Shown one piece after another: positions 8,842 through 19,484 of a stretch of DNA of 35,245 bases. The position numbers and the translations under genes are program-made. Position 1 is the stretch's first letter. Every line of letters begins with the position of its first letter. This DNA is from Promethearchaeota archaeon (GTDB lineage: Archaea > Asgardarchaeota > Lokiarchaeia > Sigyniarchaeales > SOKP01). The notes under the pieces were generated by a model that did not search any database, was not told the DNA's origin, and saw nothing but the letters and a program-made list of their open reading frames with translations. The DNA lies in assembly GCA_019894975.1 (NCBI GenBank), contig JAGXNO010000038.1, positions 1 through 35,245 on the forward strand, given 5' to 3'.

Positions 8842-11800
8842 TCACGGGACAACAATTTCTTCATGGTAAATCTCGGCACCTTCTTCTGTTCGAATTAGTA
8901 TTACTAGTTCCTCACCAACATCAATAGTGAGTCCGGTAAAGACTTCAAGATCACTAACTTGAATGGTTATTTCCATAGAATCTCCTATAGCAATTTCAAA
9001 AGCTTGTAAATTACTGGTAGTTAAGGGTACCCACGTATTATTAAAGTAAGTATAAAGGTTAGCTAATGGAATATAAGTATCATTCACATAAACAGATTCG
9101 ATTGTTACGTTAGACATTCCATTGTTATCAAACACTAAAGTCATGTTTCTAGATTTATCTACAATTGTATCATCATCGTCAATTGCTATACTATAATAGA
9201 CAGGATCTACGTAAGCATTTAAAATCCCACCAGCTTTAGCTGCTGAGGTAGTTGTAACGTTTACTATCATTTCATTAGATTTATTTATCATCAAATTAGG
9301 AATATCAAATGATACAATTGCGCATTCCTGGAGATCTAAGGACGGACTCCCGTAAAGATATGTAACATTAGCAACTAGAGTGGAATTTACATAAATTTCA
9401 TCAAGTGTAACTGTCTCATCTCCAGTATTTTTAATCACTATTTTCCCTGTTTCATTTGCATAGATAAAGGAAGTCATTGAGCTATCAATACTCTCAATTA
9501 TTTGAATATCCGGTTCATCTCTTATTGTATGAATATATCCTATATCTGAAGTCACTGTAGATCCGAAGCTTCCAGTAATACAGACTAAAATCTCATCATT
9601 AACTTCGAAATCACCATAGTCAGATGCATCAATAATGATAACATCCTCATCATTTTTATCCAAAAGAAAACTTCCACTTTCGGTGTAAAAGTCGTTATAA
9701 TCCACTTCAATTAGAGATTCTGATAGATAAATAGAATCAATCCCAAATATAATGTCCCCAGTATTTTTCACATTGATTTTTAGTAACGTACTTCCATTAT
9801 CATATGTAAATCCATGACTTAAGTTAAAATCATGAGGGATATGGTCCCGATCGTAACTATCAATTGCAGCTAATGCTTCAGGGGAAATGATTCTCTCTCT
9901 ACTTAAAATTGATATAGAATAATTTTCAATATTTGATGAAAACAACACTTGATCTCTTACATTGTTAGGACTTGCTACACCAATCATATTATAATTCCTG
10001 ATGGGGTAAAAATCGGTTACTACATCAGTAATTTCCACGTTTACCTTTTCTCCTGGTTTTAAAATAGAAGATCCACTAAGATATTTGATATTATCAGGAT
10101 TAATTTTATTTCCCAGGGTATCCACGTTAAGATAAAATCGCTCCAAGACTTCGATTGTGTCCCCAGTGTTTTCTACTTCAAGATATATATCTGAAGTAGT
10201 AGTATCCTTTTGGATTACTCTACTATTCTCCTTATTAATTTTAATCGCGCCTTCTTTTGGTTCTTTTACAAAGAAACTTTTTGTGGTATTTGAAAATTCA
10301 TAAAATCCTCCCTCTGAATCCACCGATTCGGCAGTTACACTAATATTAACGACATCATCTTTCTGAAAATTAGAACTCCCCATGTCTACCCAAACCATTT
10401 GTGATTCTCCATTCTTTACTACAGCTGTTTCTGTGCTCTCACCAATAAAGAAATTATAACCAGTTCCATTAACTTGAACATTTTTTATAAACAAATCTTT
10501 CGTGCCAGTATTTTTTAGGTTTAATGTAGCATACCCATTTTCAAAAACTTCTGCTTCTTCTATTAGGAAACTTGATTCTAAAATAGTATAATCAATTTTA
10601 TAGAGTTTGACTAAACCTGTTGCAGATATATACTTTGGCTTGAAAATTTGGAGATCATATAATCCATTATCGGGAATATAATCCTTCCAAACTCCACCAT
10701 CTTGAGTGGGGTTATTTTCATTATTAATTGTATTAGCATATGTCATTCTAATATCATTCTGTTCAAGATCAGCCGGATTTGTCGGAACTCCATAGAACAT
10801 CAATTTTACTAACTGACTCTGGAACCATTTTTCTCCCATTCTTCCAGTTTCAGGATCCTGATACTCAGTCTCATTAAATACCATATCATTTTCCCAATTG
10901 TCTTCTTCCCATCCCATATTCTTATATTGAGCATACTGATCATTACAGATTCTTACCATCCAAGGCCACTTTCCTTCATCACCTCCTAGCCCCGTAATCA
11001 TTAATCCAAAATAGACTAATACATAATCAGCCTTTAGCCTCTGAAACGCTCTGGCACTATAGACAACATCTGTTTGCATAAACGCCATACCAGTCAAACC
11101 GATTCTGGTTGAATTCATTGTAGCATTATCATTGACAGTAGTCACATTACCGATTGGGGTAAGCCAATAACCGTAATCCCACCAGGAGACAACTACATCA
11201 GTTCCATCTAGATTGGATCTCATCCACATCAATGATTCTTCCCAGTCATGAACAACACCGGCAGGAGCAAGTTGTGAATAAGAGAACTGGTCGATTGAAA
11301 TATCTGTTGCGTGCACAATCTGAGCAACACCTAAAAATCCGACTATCATAAATACGGTTATATTAAATGGTATCACAGTACCTTCTAATTGTCGCTTTCG
11401 TTTTCTGCTCAGACCATCTCTCCTTTCTCCTAAGAAACTACCGAAAATTCTAAGAATAGTCACCAATCCATACGCCCCCATTAAAGAAACTGCGGGTGAG
11501 AATACTAGTATTATTCGAATCATGCTTCCGGTAAAGTAATACATTAAAATTACAAATGCGATTAAGAAAATTTCAGGGGCATTTAAAACTTTAAAACAAA
11601 AATAAATTCCTAACGGCGTTAGAACTAATGGTATTAGGGTATTATAGTAAAATACACTCCAGGGACTCGGCATCTGTTCTGCAACTGAAGCTACTAGACT
11701 AACTTCATCCCGAAATAATGGATTAAGAATTGTTTGGAACCTAGTACCAAAACCAAAGGGAAGAAGATCAGGTGCAATCCATAAGATCATTGCACCGATA

Positions 11801-12756
11801 ACCAATGCCGGTATAAATCCCCATTTCACAGCATTAATAATACTTTTATATAATTGGGGATGCTCCACTTTTTTTGATTGGATTAAGTGAAATATTATTA
11901 AAATTATTGTAAAGAAAAAGATTCCTGCTATTTCTAAATCAGTGAATAAAGAATTAAAATTGAATTGTGTATAGAGAGAAAAAATCAATAATCCTATTCC
12001 TTCTACAACCGCATATGTAATTAAGATATTTTCATTGTACTTATCAGTAAGTATCAATATAATACAAAGAAGAGGAATAACCAAGTAAACAAATTGATAA
12101 CCTCCCCAACTTAAAGATAAATATCCTAGTGATATACCTCCTAATGCAGAGAATATAAATTTCCCAGTTCTTAAGCCTTTCAAAAGAAATAGAAAAGTTA
12201 GTAAAGTGGCAAAAACACCAATGGTTTCATTATCAAAAAATCCTGCCATTGTACGCTGCATATACCCGGGATTGAAAGCTAAGAAAAATGCGGCAATCAG
12301 CCCAGTTCCTCGATCAAGAATTTCTTTTCCTAAGTAATAAGTAACTAATACTGTTAATCCCCCCATTATAGCAGGGAAGAAGTAGCATACGTCATATAGA
12401 GAAACAGGAACTCCAAAAAATGTCAAAATATTATATATAATAACAACGGTAAAAGTTAATCCAGGACGTAAATTTCCACGGTCAAATCCCGTGGGGTACC
12501 AGCTTTTAAAATCATGCCAGTTAAAATATTCATAAAGAGTGCTCTCAGATAAATATTCTGCATTATACCATTGTATCCAAGGATCAAATGCTTTAAGTAT
12601 TGTTGGACCTCTAAAGATTGGACTAATCCTTAATAAAACAGCTAAAAATACAACCATAAAAACTGCGATGAAAAATAATACATTTTGAGTTTTTATGTTT
12701 ATCGAGGTTCTTATGCGATCACGAAAGTTTCTTAATGAAGCAATGATCTTTACCAT
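8842..12756 (-). CDS. aglB: Oligosaccharyltransferase catalytic subunit STT3/AglB with long C-terminal repeat extension
   Basis: AFDPW, RTMAGFFDNE, SVAEQ, SWWDYGYW, DNAT and DEGKWPWMVRI; many N-terminal TM helices. Confidence 0.93.
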   Translation of the reverse strand: MVKIIASLRNFRDRIRTSINIKTQNVLFFIAVFMVVFLAVLLRISPIFRGPTILKAFDPWIQWYNAEYLSESTLYEYFNWHDFKSWYPTGFDRGNLRPGLTFTVVIIYNILTFFGVPVSLYDVCYFFPAIMGGLTVLVTYYLGKEILDRGTGLIAAFFLAFNPGYMQRTMAGFFDNETIGVFATLLTFLFLLKGLRTGKFIFSALGGISLGYLSLSWGGYQFVYLVIPLLCIILILTDKYNENILITYAVVEGIGLLIFSLYTQFNFNSLFTDLEIAGIFFFTIILIIFHLIQSKKVEHPQLYKSIINAVKWGFIPALVIGAMILWIAPDLLPFGFGTRFQTILNPLFRDEVSLVASVAEQMPSPWSVFYYNTLIPLVLTPLGIYFCFKVLNAPEIFLIAFVILMYYFTGSMIRIILVFSPAVSLMGAYGLVTILRIFGSFLGERRDGLSRKRKRQLEGTVIPFNITVFMIVGFLGVAQIVHATDISIDQFSYSQLAPAGVVHDWEESLMWMRSNLDGTDVVVSWWDYGYWLTPIGNVTTVNDNATMNSTRIGLTGMAFMQTDVVYSARAFQRLKADYVLVYFGLMITGLGGDEGKWPWMVRICNDQYAQYKNMGWEEDNWENDMVFNETEYQDPETGRMGEKWFQSQLVKLMFYGVPTNPADLEQNDIRMTYANTINNENNPTQDGGVWKDYIPDNGLYDLQIFKPKYISATGLVKLYKIDYTILESSFLIEEAEVFENGYATLNLKNTGTKDLFIKNVQVNGTGYNFFIGESTETAVVKNGESQMVWVDMGSSNFQKDDVVNISVTAESVDSEGGFYEFSNTTKSFFVKEPKEGAIKINKENSRVIQKDTTTSDIYLEVENTGDTIEVLERFYLNVDTLGNKINPDNIKYLSGSSILKPGEKVNVEITDVVTDFYPIRNYNMIGVASPNNVRDQVLFSSNIENYSISILSRERIISPEALAAIDSYDRDHIPHDFNLSHGFTYDNGSTLLKINVKNTGDIIFGIDSIYLSESLIEVDYNDFYTESGSFLLDKNDEDVIIIDASDYGDFEVNDEILVCITGSFGSTVTSDIGYIHTIRDEPDIQIIESIDSSMTSFIYANETGKIVIKNTGDETVTLDEIYVNSTLVANVTYLYGSPSLDLQECAIVSFDIPNLMINKSNEMIVNVTTTSAAKAGGILNAYVDPVYYSIAIDDDDTIVDKSRNMTLVFDNNGMSNVTIESVYVNDTYIPLANLYTYFNNTWVPLTTSNLQAFEIAIGDSMEITIQVSDLEVFTGLTIDVGEELVILIRTEEGAEIYHEEIVVP

Positions 12757-12945
12757 GGTGTTTCATTTAAAATTTTAATAAATTGATAATTTATTAACCA
12801 TAATTAAATTTTGAATATAAAAAATATCCTTCAGATTAAAATGTTTTTCTTTAATCCAACACATTGTAAAAATCGCAATCGTGGAAAAAAAAGAAAAGGG
12901 TTATGGATTTTTTACATGTATAAATGAATAATTATTTTTGAAGTA

Positions 12946-13800
12946 TTGATTATGGGAGAAAGCAGGTACCTTTTCAAAATTTATTATATTGGCAAATCGA
13001 AATATTACGGATCTCAAAGACAACCCAAGCTTCTGACCGTTGATGATTGTCTTTTAAATGCATTATTAGAAAAGAACTATATCGAAAGTATTAAAGAGTC
13101 TGGATTTGAAGCTGCAAGTAGAACAGATAGATATGTATCTGCTCACGGGGCATGTTTTACTTGTATTTTGAAAAAAGAACCTATTTTAATGGAAATAAAC
13201 TCAGCATTACCTAATGAAATCGGCATTTGGGCTTATGCCAAGGTACCTCTGGATTTTCTATCTCGTTATAATGCTATACTGCGCCACTACCTATATGTGG
13301 TTCCATCTCCCCTTTCAAATCTTCAGAGTTTTGGCTCTATAGATATTGAAGTAATGCGTAAAGCTTGTAGTGCTATAGAAGGTCAGCATGATTTCATTAA
13401 TTTTTCCAAAAGAGATAATTCTGAAGTAAAGACTATAAGAGATATGGCTCTCGCAAATTTATCAATTAAAAATGATTATTTAATATTCCAGTTTAAAAGC
13501 AGAGCATTTCTAAGACAACAAATTCGTCGTATGGTTAAAAAAATTCTAGAGCTTGGGAAGGGTGAAACAACATATACAGACTTCATTCAATTATTTGATC
13601 CTTCCCAAGTATTTTCTTATCAACCTGTTGATGCAACGGGATTAATCTTGTGGGACATTGTCTATAGTAATGAAATAGAATTAAACGAGGATCCCAAATC
13701 TAAGGAAAGAATGGACAGTTTCTTTTTGAATCAGAAATTATTATATAAACATCAATATCAGCTATTCCACTTCTTGCAACATGGCGATATTTGCAAGTAA
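12946..13800 (+). CDS. truA: tRNA pseudouridine(38-40) synthase TruA (start may be the ATG at 12952)
   Basis: GSQRQP, ASRTDRYVSA, GQHDFINFS, AFLRQQIRRMV. Confidence 0.92.
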   Translation: MIMGESRYLFKIYYIGKSKYYGSQRQPKLLTVDDCLLNALLEKNYIESIKESGFEAASRTDRYVSAHGACFTCILKKEPILMEINSALPNEIGIWAYAKVPLDFLSRYNAILRHYLYVVPSPLSNLQSFGSIDIEVMRKACSAIEGQHDFINFSKRDNSEVKTIRDMALANLSIKNDYLIFQFKSRAFLRQQIRRMVKKILELGKGETTYTDFIQLFDPSQVFSYQPVDATGLILWDIVYSNEIELNEDPKSKERMDSFFLNQKLLYKHQYQLFHFLQHGDICK

Positions 13801-14733
13801 TGCTTGTAGTTGAATTTCTTCAGTTCCACCTTGGCTCAATCGATATTCAAATTCAGCTAAAAGTTTTGCTAACTCGATCTTTAAATCTTCAGAGATATTT
13901 AAGTCATAAATCTCCCTATGTATATTTTTAATGATATTTTGTCCAGATAATCCATAGTCACCAGTTAAATCATTTAAAAGTTTAATAGATAACTGTAATT
14001 GACTGTTCAAAGCAGTTTTTAAAATATCTTTTATTCTTTCAGGAGGAACCTCCCCAGCGACTCTAAAAACAAGATCATTATCAATTTGCTTAGAAATAGT
14101 TCCACATGATTGTAAATAGTTAATAGCTCTTCTACAATCTCCTCTAGAGACTTCTACTAAAGCATTTAATCCCCCCGGTGTTAAAGCAATTTCTTCTTGT
14201 TTTGCAACGTAATTTATCCTTTTTTTAATATCTGTGTTATTTAAATATGCAAATCGAAAAACAACACATCTTGATTGAATAGGAGGAATAATCTTGTTGG
14301 AGTAATTACAGATTAGAATCATTCTACAATTTCTGGTATATTTTTCCATTGTTCTCCTTAAAGCTTGTTGAGCAGGAGAAGTCATGTTATCTGCTTCATC
14401 CAATATTAATATTTTAAAGGGGATATCAATAGAGGGGCGGGCTTTAGCAAAGTCTTTAATATATGTCCGAATAACATCTATACCTCTGGCATCGCTTGCG
14501 TTCAGTTCTAAGTAAGTTCTATTTATCGCCATCTTTCGTCCATATAATTCTCGAACCATTGCCAAGGCAGAAGTTGTTTTTCCTGTACCAGCAGGACCTG
14601 CAAATATAAGATGCGGCATCGATTTATCCCTTATAAATTGTTTCAAACGTTTGACGATACCTTCTTGATTTACAACATCATCTAGAAGTCTTGGACGGTA
14701 TTTTTCAACGAAAGGTCTGTTTTCAAGAGACAT
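13762..14733 (-). CDS. rfcS: Replication factor C small subunit (no intein)
   Basis: PFVEKYRP, GPAGTGKT, LELNASDARGIDVIR, ILDEAD, QQALRRTME, IQSRC. Confidence 0.97.
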   Translation of the reverse strand: MSLENRPFVEKYRPRLLDDVVNQEGIVKRLKQFIRDKSMPHLIFAGPAGTGKTTSALAMVRELYGRKMAINRTYLELNASDARGIDVIRTYIKDFAKARPSIDIPFKILILDEADNMTSPAQQALRRTMEKYTRNCRMILICNYSNKIIPPIQSRCVVFRFAYLNNTDIKKRINYVAKQEEIALTPGGLNALVEVSRGDCRRAINYLQSCGTISKQIDNDLVFRVAGEVPPERIKDILKTALNSQLQLSIKLLNDLTGDYGLSGQNIIKNIHREIYDLNISEDLKIELAKLLAEFEYRLSQGGTEEIQLQALLANIAMLQEVE

Positions 14734-14835
14734 ATATTTTAGCAGACGAGTTTAAAAATTATATAATTATATTAAGAATTAAATTTTCGTAATTCCTTAT
14801 TAATATTCATATAGTAAAAAAAAAATAGATTTGTT

Positions 14836-16140
14836 ATGACAGATTTCAAAATTACAAAAATAAAATCAAGGTGGATTTTAGATTCAAGAGGAAATCCCAC
14901 TGTAGAATCAGATGTATATGCCGGAAATTTATTTGGAAGGGCAGCAGTTCCTTCTGGTGCATCTACTGGTGTTTTGGAAGCTCTGGAATTAAGAGATGGT
15001 GGAAAGTCATTTAAGGGCAAACATGTGTCTAAAGCAGTGTCCAATGTCAATGAAATACTTGGTAAAAAGCTAGTAGGTTTTGATGTACGTGAACAAACTA
15101 AGATTGATGAGGAGATGATAAATATTGATGGAACAGAAAATAAGAGTAATTTGGGCGCTAATGCCATATTGTCTGTATCACTAGCAGTTGCAAAATTAGC
15201 GGCGATTTTGTCTGATACCCCATTATTTGCTTACATCCATAATTTGGCCTATAATAAGACAAGACAAGATTACCTTTTACCACTTCCTTCCTGTAATATT
15301 ATCAATGGTGGTGAACATGCGGGGAATAATATAGCAATTCAGGAATTTATGGTTCTACCTATAGGAGCCAAATCATTTGCAAGTGCTATACAGAATGTTG
15401 CGGAAGTATATCAAACATTAAAAACTTTATTAGCTAAAAAGTATGGACCTTCAGCAATTAATGTTGGCGATGAGGGTGGTTTTGCTCCGAACTTGTCTTT
15501 AACATCTGAAGCTGTTGATATTATAATTGAAGCAATTGAAGAAGCAGGATTCTTAATGGGTACTGATTTCGTCTTAGGGATGGATGCTGCGGCAAGTGAA
15601 TTTTATAAAGAGGGGATTTATAATATTGATGGGAAGAAATTAAATGAAGAAGAGCTATTACAATATTATCTTGATCTAATTCAAGACTATCCTTTTAAAT
15701 CAATAGAAGACCCCTTTGATGAAAAAGATTTTAGAAGCTTTGCGAGTTTGACCGCTAAAATTGATGAATCAATGCAAGTTGTAGATGATGATTTAACTGT
15801 AACTAACATCAACATTTTAGAAAGAGCTATTAATGAAAAAGCCGGAAATGCTTTATTACTAAAAGTAAACCAAATTGGTTCTCTTACAGAAGCAATAAAT
15901 GCCTGCAAAATGTCTTTCAAAAACGGATTTAATGTTATGGTTTCTCATCGTTCTGGAGAAACTGAGGATTCTTTTATAGCAGATTTGGCAGTGGGGCTTT
16001 GTACAGGTCAACTTAAAACAGGAGCTACATGTAGGTCTGATCGATGTGCAAAATTTAATCAACTCCTTAGAATAGAGGAAGAATTAGGAAGTAACGCAAT
16101 CTATCCCAAGAATTTTGACTCCTGGAAAAAATTTCAATAG
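14836..16140 (+). CDS. eno: Enolase (phosphopyruvate hydratase)
   Basis: DSRGNPTVE, VPSGASTG, GDEGGFAP, LLKVNQIG, SHRSGETED. Confidence 0.98.
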   Translation: MTDFKITKIKSRWILDSRGNPTVESDVYAGNLFGRAAVPSGASTGVLEALELRDGGKSFKGKHVSKAVSNVNEILGKKLVGFDVREQTKIDEEMINIDGTENKSNLGANAILSVSLAVAKLAAILSDTPLFAYIHNLAYNKTRQDYLLPLPSCNIINGGEHAGNNIAIQEFMVLPIGAKSFASAIQNVAEVYQTLKTLLAKKYGPSAINVGDEGGFAPNLSLTSEAVDIIIEAIEEAGFLMGTDFVLGMDAAASEFYKEGIYNIDGKKLNEEELLQYYLDLIQDYPFKSIEDPFDEKDFRSFASLTAKIDESMQVVDDDLTVTNINILERAINEKAGNALLLKVNQIGSLTEAINACKMSFKNGFNVMVSHRSGETEDSFIADLAVGLCTGQLKTGATCRSDRCAKFNQLLRIEEELGSNAIYPKNFDSWKKFQ

Positions 16141-16160
16141 AAAATTAATTTTTAATATAT

Positions 16161-16811
16161 TTATCTTTCATTTTTTACAAATCTAAATATATTTACGCCA
16201 ATAGATTTTACTTTTTTTGTGTGAAATTGAAAGGATCTTTCTAGAATCATTTCATATGGAAAGAAATTATCAATATGCCAATTAAATTTTTCACAAAATT
16301 TAGAAATAAAATTAAAAACTTTTTCTCCTGCAAGGTGAATTGAATAAACTACATCTGAAATAGAAAAAGCCTTTTCTAAAAAAATTCGATCAGCTGTTCT
16401 TTTTTGAACTCCGAAAGGAGGATTCATAATAGTAGTTATTTTTAAGTTGCTGAAAAGAGGTTCTTTCGAAAATTCAAGATATTTTACATCATTACATAGT
16501 GGTAATATGACATTTTCCAACCCTAACCTAAAAATGTTTTCTTTTAGAATGTTTAAAGCAGGGAGATCTATATCAACACTTAAAACCATAGATGGTTTTA
16601 GAAACGCACTTGCTATTGACAATCTTCCTGTTCCTGAACCGAGGTCAATAACCAATTTATTATTAATATCGTTAAACTCAAAACCCGCGAAATATATTAT
16701 ATCTACAGCACTAAGCGCATCAATACAATATTGTTCCAGTTCAACTTTAGGTGTAGTAAAGGATTCAGTGTTTTGGATGATAGAGATTAATTGCTTTTTG
16801 TTGATTTTCAT
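16161..16811 (-). CDS. METTL5-family SAM-dependent RNA (N6-adenine) methyltransferase
   Basis: PKVELEQY, DLGSGTGRL, MNPPFG, VVYSIH; sits next to csl4. Confidence 0.85.
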   Translation of the reverse strand: MKINKKQLISIIQNTESFTTPKVELEQYCIDALSAVDIIYFAGFEFNDINNKLVIDLGSGTGRLSIASAFLKPSMVLSVDIDLPALNILKENIFRLGLENVILPLCNDVKYLEFSKEPLFSNLKITTIMNPPFGVQKRTADRIFLEKAFSISDVVYSIHLAGEKVFNFISKFCEKFNWHIDNFFPYEMILERSFQFHTKKVKSIGVNIFRFVKNER

Positions 16812-16913
16812 CCGTAAAAATGTTAACTCTTTTATAATTAATACATTAAATTTATTTATTTTATATTATAATATATATTTAAAATAGAAAGAAATTGGGA
16901 AATTAAAAGATTA

Positions 16914-17525
16914 TTGTTGGTACTATTGGATAAAAAATCAGTAAAAAATAACGAATTGGTTCTCACAGGTCAGTACCTTGGAGTTGTTGAGGAATTTCTA
17001 CCCGATAAGAAATCTACTTTTGTGAAAGAGGGAGAAATTTATGCGACAAAATCAGGTCATATTGATATAGATAATGAAAAACGGAAAATTGAGGTAAAAA
17101 CCCAACAAGAAGCAGACCGAAAGACGGTAAAAGTTGGGGATATCGTTATTGGCCCAATTTTATTTTTACGCCAGTACTCCGTTGGTATGAACTTTTACAC
17201 AATAAATGGGAAGATGCATTTTAATTCATCTTATTTTGGTAATGTACATGTATCTCAAATCTCTGAGAGATATATCGAAAAAATACATGATGCTTTTCAA
17301 ATTACGGATATTATTAGAACGAAAGTGATCAGCATAAACCAAAACGAATATAATTTAAGCACAAGTGGAAAAGATTTTGGTGTTATTTATGCAGATTGCG
17401 TTATTTGTGGAACGCCTCTAGATAAAATTGGTAATAACAAGTTAAGATGTGAAAGATGTGGGAATACAGAAACAAGAAAATTAGCACACGATTATAGAAA
17501 CGTTTCTGAACCTTTTAGATATTAA
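16914..17525 (+). CDS. csl4: Exosome complex RNA-binding protein Csl4
   Basis: GQYLGVVEEF N-domain, S1-like domain (VHVSQIS), C-terminal Zn ribbon CVICG...CERCGNTETRKLA. Confidence 0.92.
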   Translation: MLVLLDKKSVKNNELVLTGQYLGVVEEFLPDKKSTFVKEGEIYATKSGHIDIDNEKRKIEVKTQQEADRKTVKVGDIVIGPILFLRQYSVGMNFYTINGKMHFNSSYFGNVHVSQISERYIEKIHDAFQITDIIRTKVISINQNEYNLSTSGKDFGVIYADCVICGTPLDKIGNNKLRCERCGNTETRKLAHDYRNVSEPFRY

Positions 17526-17577
17526 TTCTTTTTACCTTATTTCAAGTTATTTATAACAACCTCATAAATATTATAAA

Positions 17578-17805
17578 GTGATTACTTTGAAAAAAGTTGG
17601 TAAAAAAGTCATTCATTTCTATAATAATAGTGATTCTTTAGAGAACGTTATTAAGTTTCTTGAAAGTATACAAAAAAAAATAAATTATCTTAATTTGAAT
17701 ATAAATGTTGAAGGAAAAAGTATAAAAATTACCTTATTTGGTTCACGAGATCTTCAATATTTAGCAACTGAAAGACTAAAAGACTTAGCAAATCAATTTC
17801 TATAA
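17578..17805 (+). CDS. Small hypothetical protein, possibly related to the N-terminal part of DUF2067
   Basis: 75-aa ORF filling the csl4-rpoL gap, where DUF2067 genes commonly lie in archaea; family assignment is inferred from synteny. Confidence 0.5.
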   Translation: MITLKKVGKKVIHFYNNSDSLENVIKFLESIQKKINYLNLNINVEGKSIKITLFGSRDLQYLATERLKDLANQFL

Positions 17806-17894
17806 AAATGGATTTTTCCTTGCAAAACCATAAAAAATTTATTTTATTCTAAATATTTCATATTAATAATTTCAATTGAATTTAAGTTTTCATT

Positions 17895-18401
17895 ATGGCA
17901 AAGAAAAAAGTAGTTAAACCAGAAGAAGAAGAAGAAGAAGATTTAGACGACCTAGAAGATGACTTTTTGGATGATGAGGAAACCGTTGATGAATATCCTA
18001 AAGTTAGTGAAAAAAAAGAACAAGAAGGAGCCCCTTCAGTAACAGAAGAGGAAGATTTGGAATTAATCTCAGAAGAAGAATTTGAATTAGAAGAAGAAGC
18101 AAGATTTCCAGATTATAAATATCTGAAATTAAAACTCTCTAAAAAGGAAGGGGAGGATGATTATGAGTTAATCATCGAAGGTCAATCACATGGGTTTTGT
18201 AATATTCTAGTGAAGCACTTATTAAATACAGAAGGTGTTAATTCTGCGGCATATAAAGTAACAGGAATAGTTCCCGCTCAGATATTTATACGACTTGAAG
18301 ATAGTAAAAAATACAAAATCAAGGATATTTTATTCAAAGCGATTGAAGCTCTAAGAGAAGAAGTGTTAGAAACTCAAAAAGTATTTAAAAAACTTACTTA
18401 A
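17895..18401 (+). CDS. rpoL: DNA-directed RNA polymerase subunit L (Rpo11) with long acidic N-terminal extension
   Basis: ELIIEGQSHGFCNILVKHLL...GVNSAAYKV resembles the RpoL/RPB11 core; conserved position downstream of csl4. Confidence 0.8.
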   Translation: MAKKKVVKPEEEEEEDLDDLEDDFLDDEETVDEYPKVSEKKEQEGAPSVTEEEDLELISEEEFELEEEARFPDYKYLKLKLSKKEGEDDYELIIEGQSHGFCNILVKHLLNTEGVNSAAYKVTGIVPAQIFIRLEDSKKYKIKDILFKAIEALREEVLETQKVFKKLT

Positions 18402-18458
18402 CTCTTTTTACAATCTTTTTATGAAACTTTATAAGAAGCCATAATTCAACATATCTTA

Positions 18459-18911
18459 ATGGATTATGAGTTTTTGATTAAAGATTTAAAGCTAAATAAA
18501 TCCCAAAAAGCTGTGGGGACTGATAAAGGATTAGCGAAAATAGGAGACGGAATTGTAAATCTTACTTATTCCATAGCCAAATCTATTTATCTAACTAAAA
18601 ACAGCCCAAATAATAACATTTTAAGAACGGGATTGAAAGTTAGTAAAAAGATACTAGCTAATGCTTTGAAAAATGCCAATTTGAAGGCCTTCGCAATAAC
18701 TCGAGCTGATGCACATGATCTTGCAGACACAGCAGAAGCCCTAGTTGCATTTGTCTGGCTTGATAAAAAAATATCTTTAGATGAAATCATTGGATATTTA
18801 TCTCAGAATCTAACGGGGGATCTAAATATCAGGAATGAAGAGATAAAGAGTGCTACAGAAGCTTTTACGAAGTTATTAAATCATATCAAAGAATTTCTCC
18901 CTAATAAATAA
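18459..18911 (+). CDS. Archaeal ribonuclease III-like domain protein
   Basis: DKGLAKIGDGIVNL and DLADTAEALVAFVWL signature motifs. Confidence 0.8.
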   Translation: MDYEFLIKDLKLNKSQKAVGTDKGLAKIGDGIVNLTYSIAKSIYLTKNSPNNNILRTGLKVSKKILANALKNANLKAFAITRADAHDLADTAEALVAFVWLDKKISLDEIIGYLSQNLTGDLNIRNEEIKSATEAFTKLLNHIKEFLPNK

Positions 18912-18915
18912 AATT

Positions 18916-19476
18916 ATGAAAGATAATCCTATAACTATTGGAATTGATGATTCTACTTTTAATTTAAAATCTGGAATTAAGACAACTCAACTAATTGGGG
19001 TTGTATGCCAAGGTACTAGGATGGTAAGTGTTGTCAAAGCTAAGATTAATATTGATGGAAATAACGCCACCCAAACAATTATTGACCTCCTACAAGAACA
19101 TGAGAAACTTGTCCACTATATTTTTACTCATACAATTACATTTGGAGGTTTCAATATCATTGATCTTGAGGAAATTTACCAGAAAGTGAAAAAACCGATT
19201 ATAGCTTTTAATGATCGTAGTATTAATCTCGATTCTGTAGTTAAAGCCTTAGCTAAAAAGTTCCCAGAGAGTTATAAAGAAAAAATTGAATATATATTAA
19301 ATGCAGGGAATCTATACCAAAGTAATATTCAGACTGCGGGTGGACTTTCAACGATCTATTTTCATTTAAAAGGGATAGAGATCTCCGAAGCAAATTTCTT
19401 AATTAAAAATTGCAGTATTGATTCTAAATTACCAGAGTGTCTTCGATTAGCCCATTTAATTGGAAAACTGTTCTAA
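18916..19476 (+). CDS. DUF99 family protein (endonuclease V-like fold)
   Basis: IGIDDS, ITFGGFNIID, KLPECLRLAHLIG. Confidence 0.85.
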   Translation: MKDNPITIGIDDSTFNLKSGIKTTQLIGVVCQGTRMVSVVKAKINIDGNNATQTIIDLLQEHEKLVHYIFTHTITFGGFNIIDLEEIYQKVKKPIIAFNDRSINLDSVVKALAKKFPESYKEKIEYILNAGNLYQSNIQTAGGLSTIYFHLKGIEISEANFLIKNCSIDSKLPECLRLAHLIGKLF

Positions 19477-19484
19477 TTTATAGA

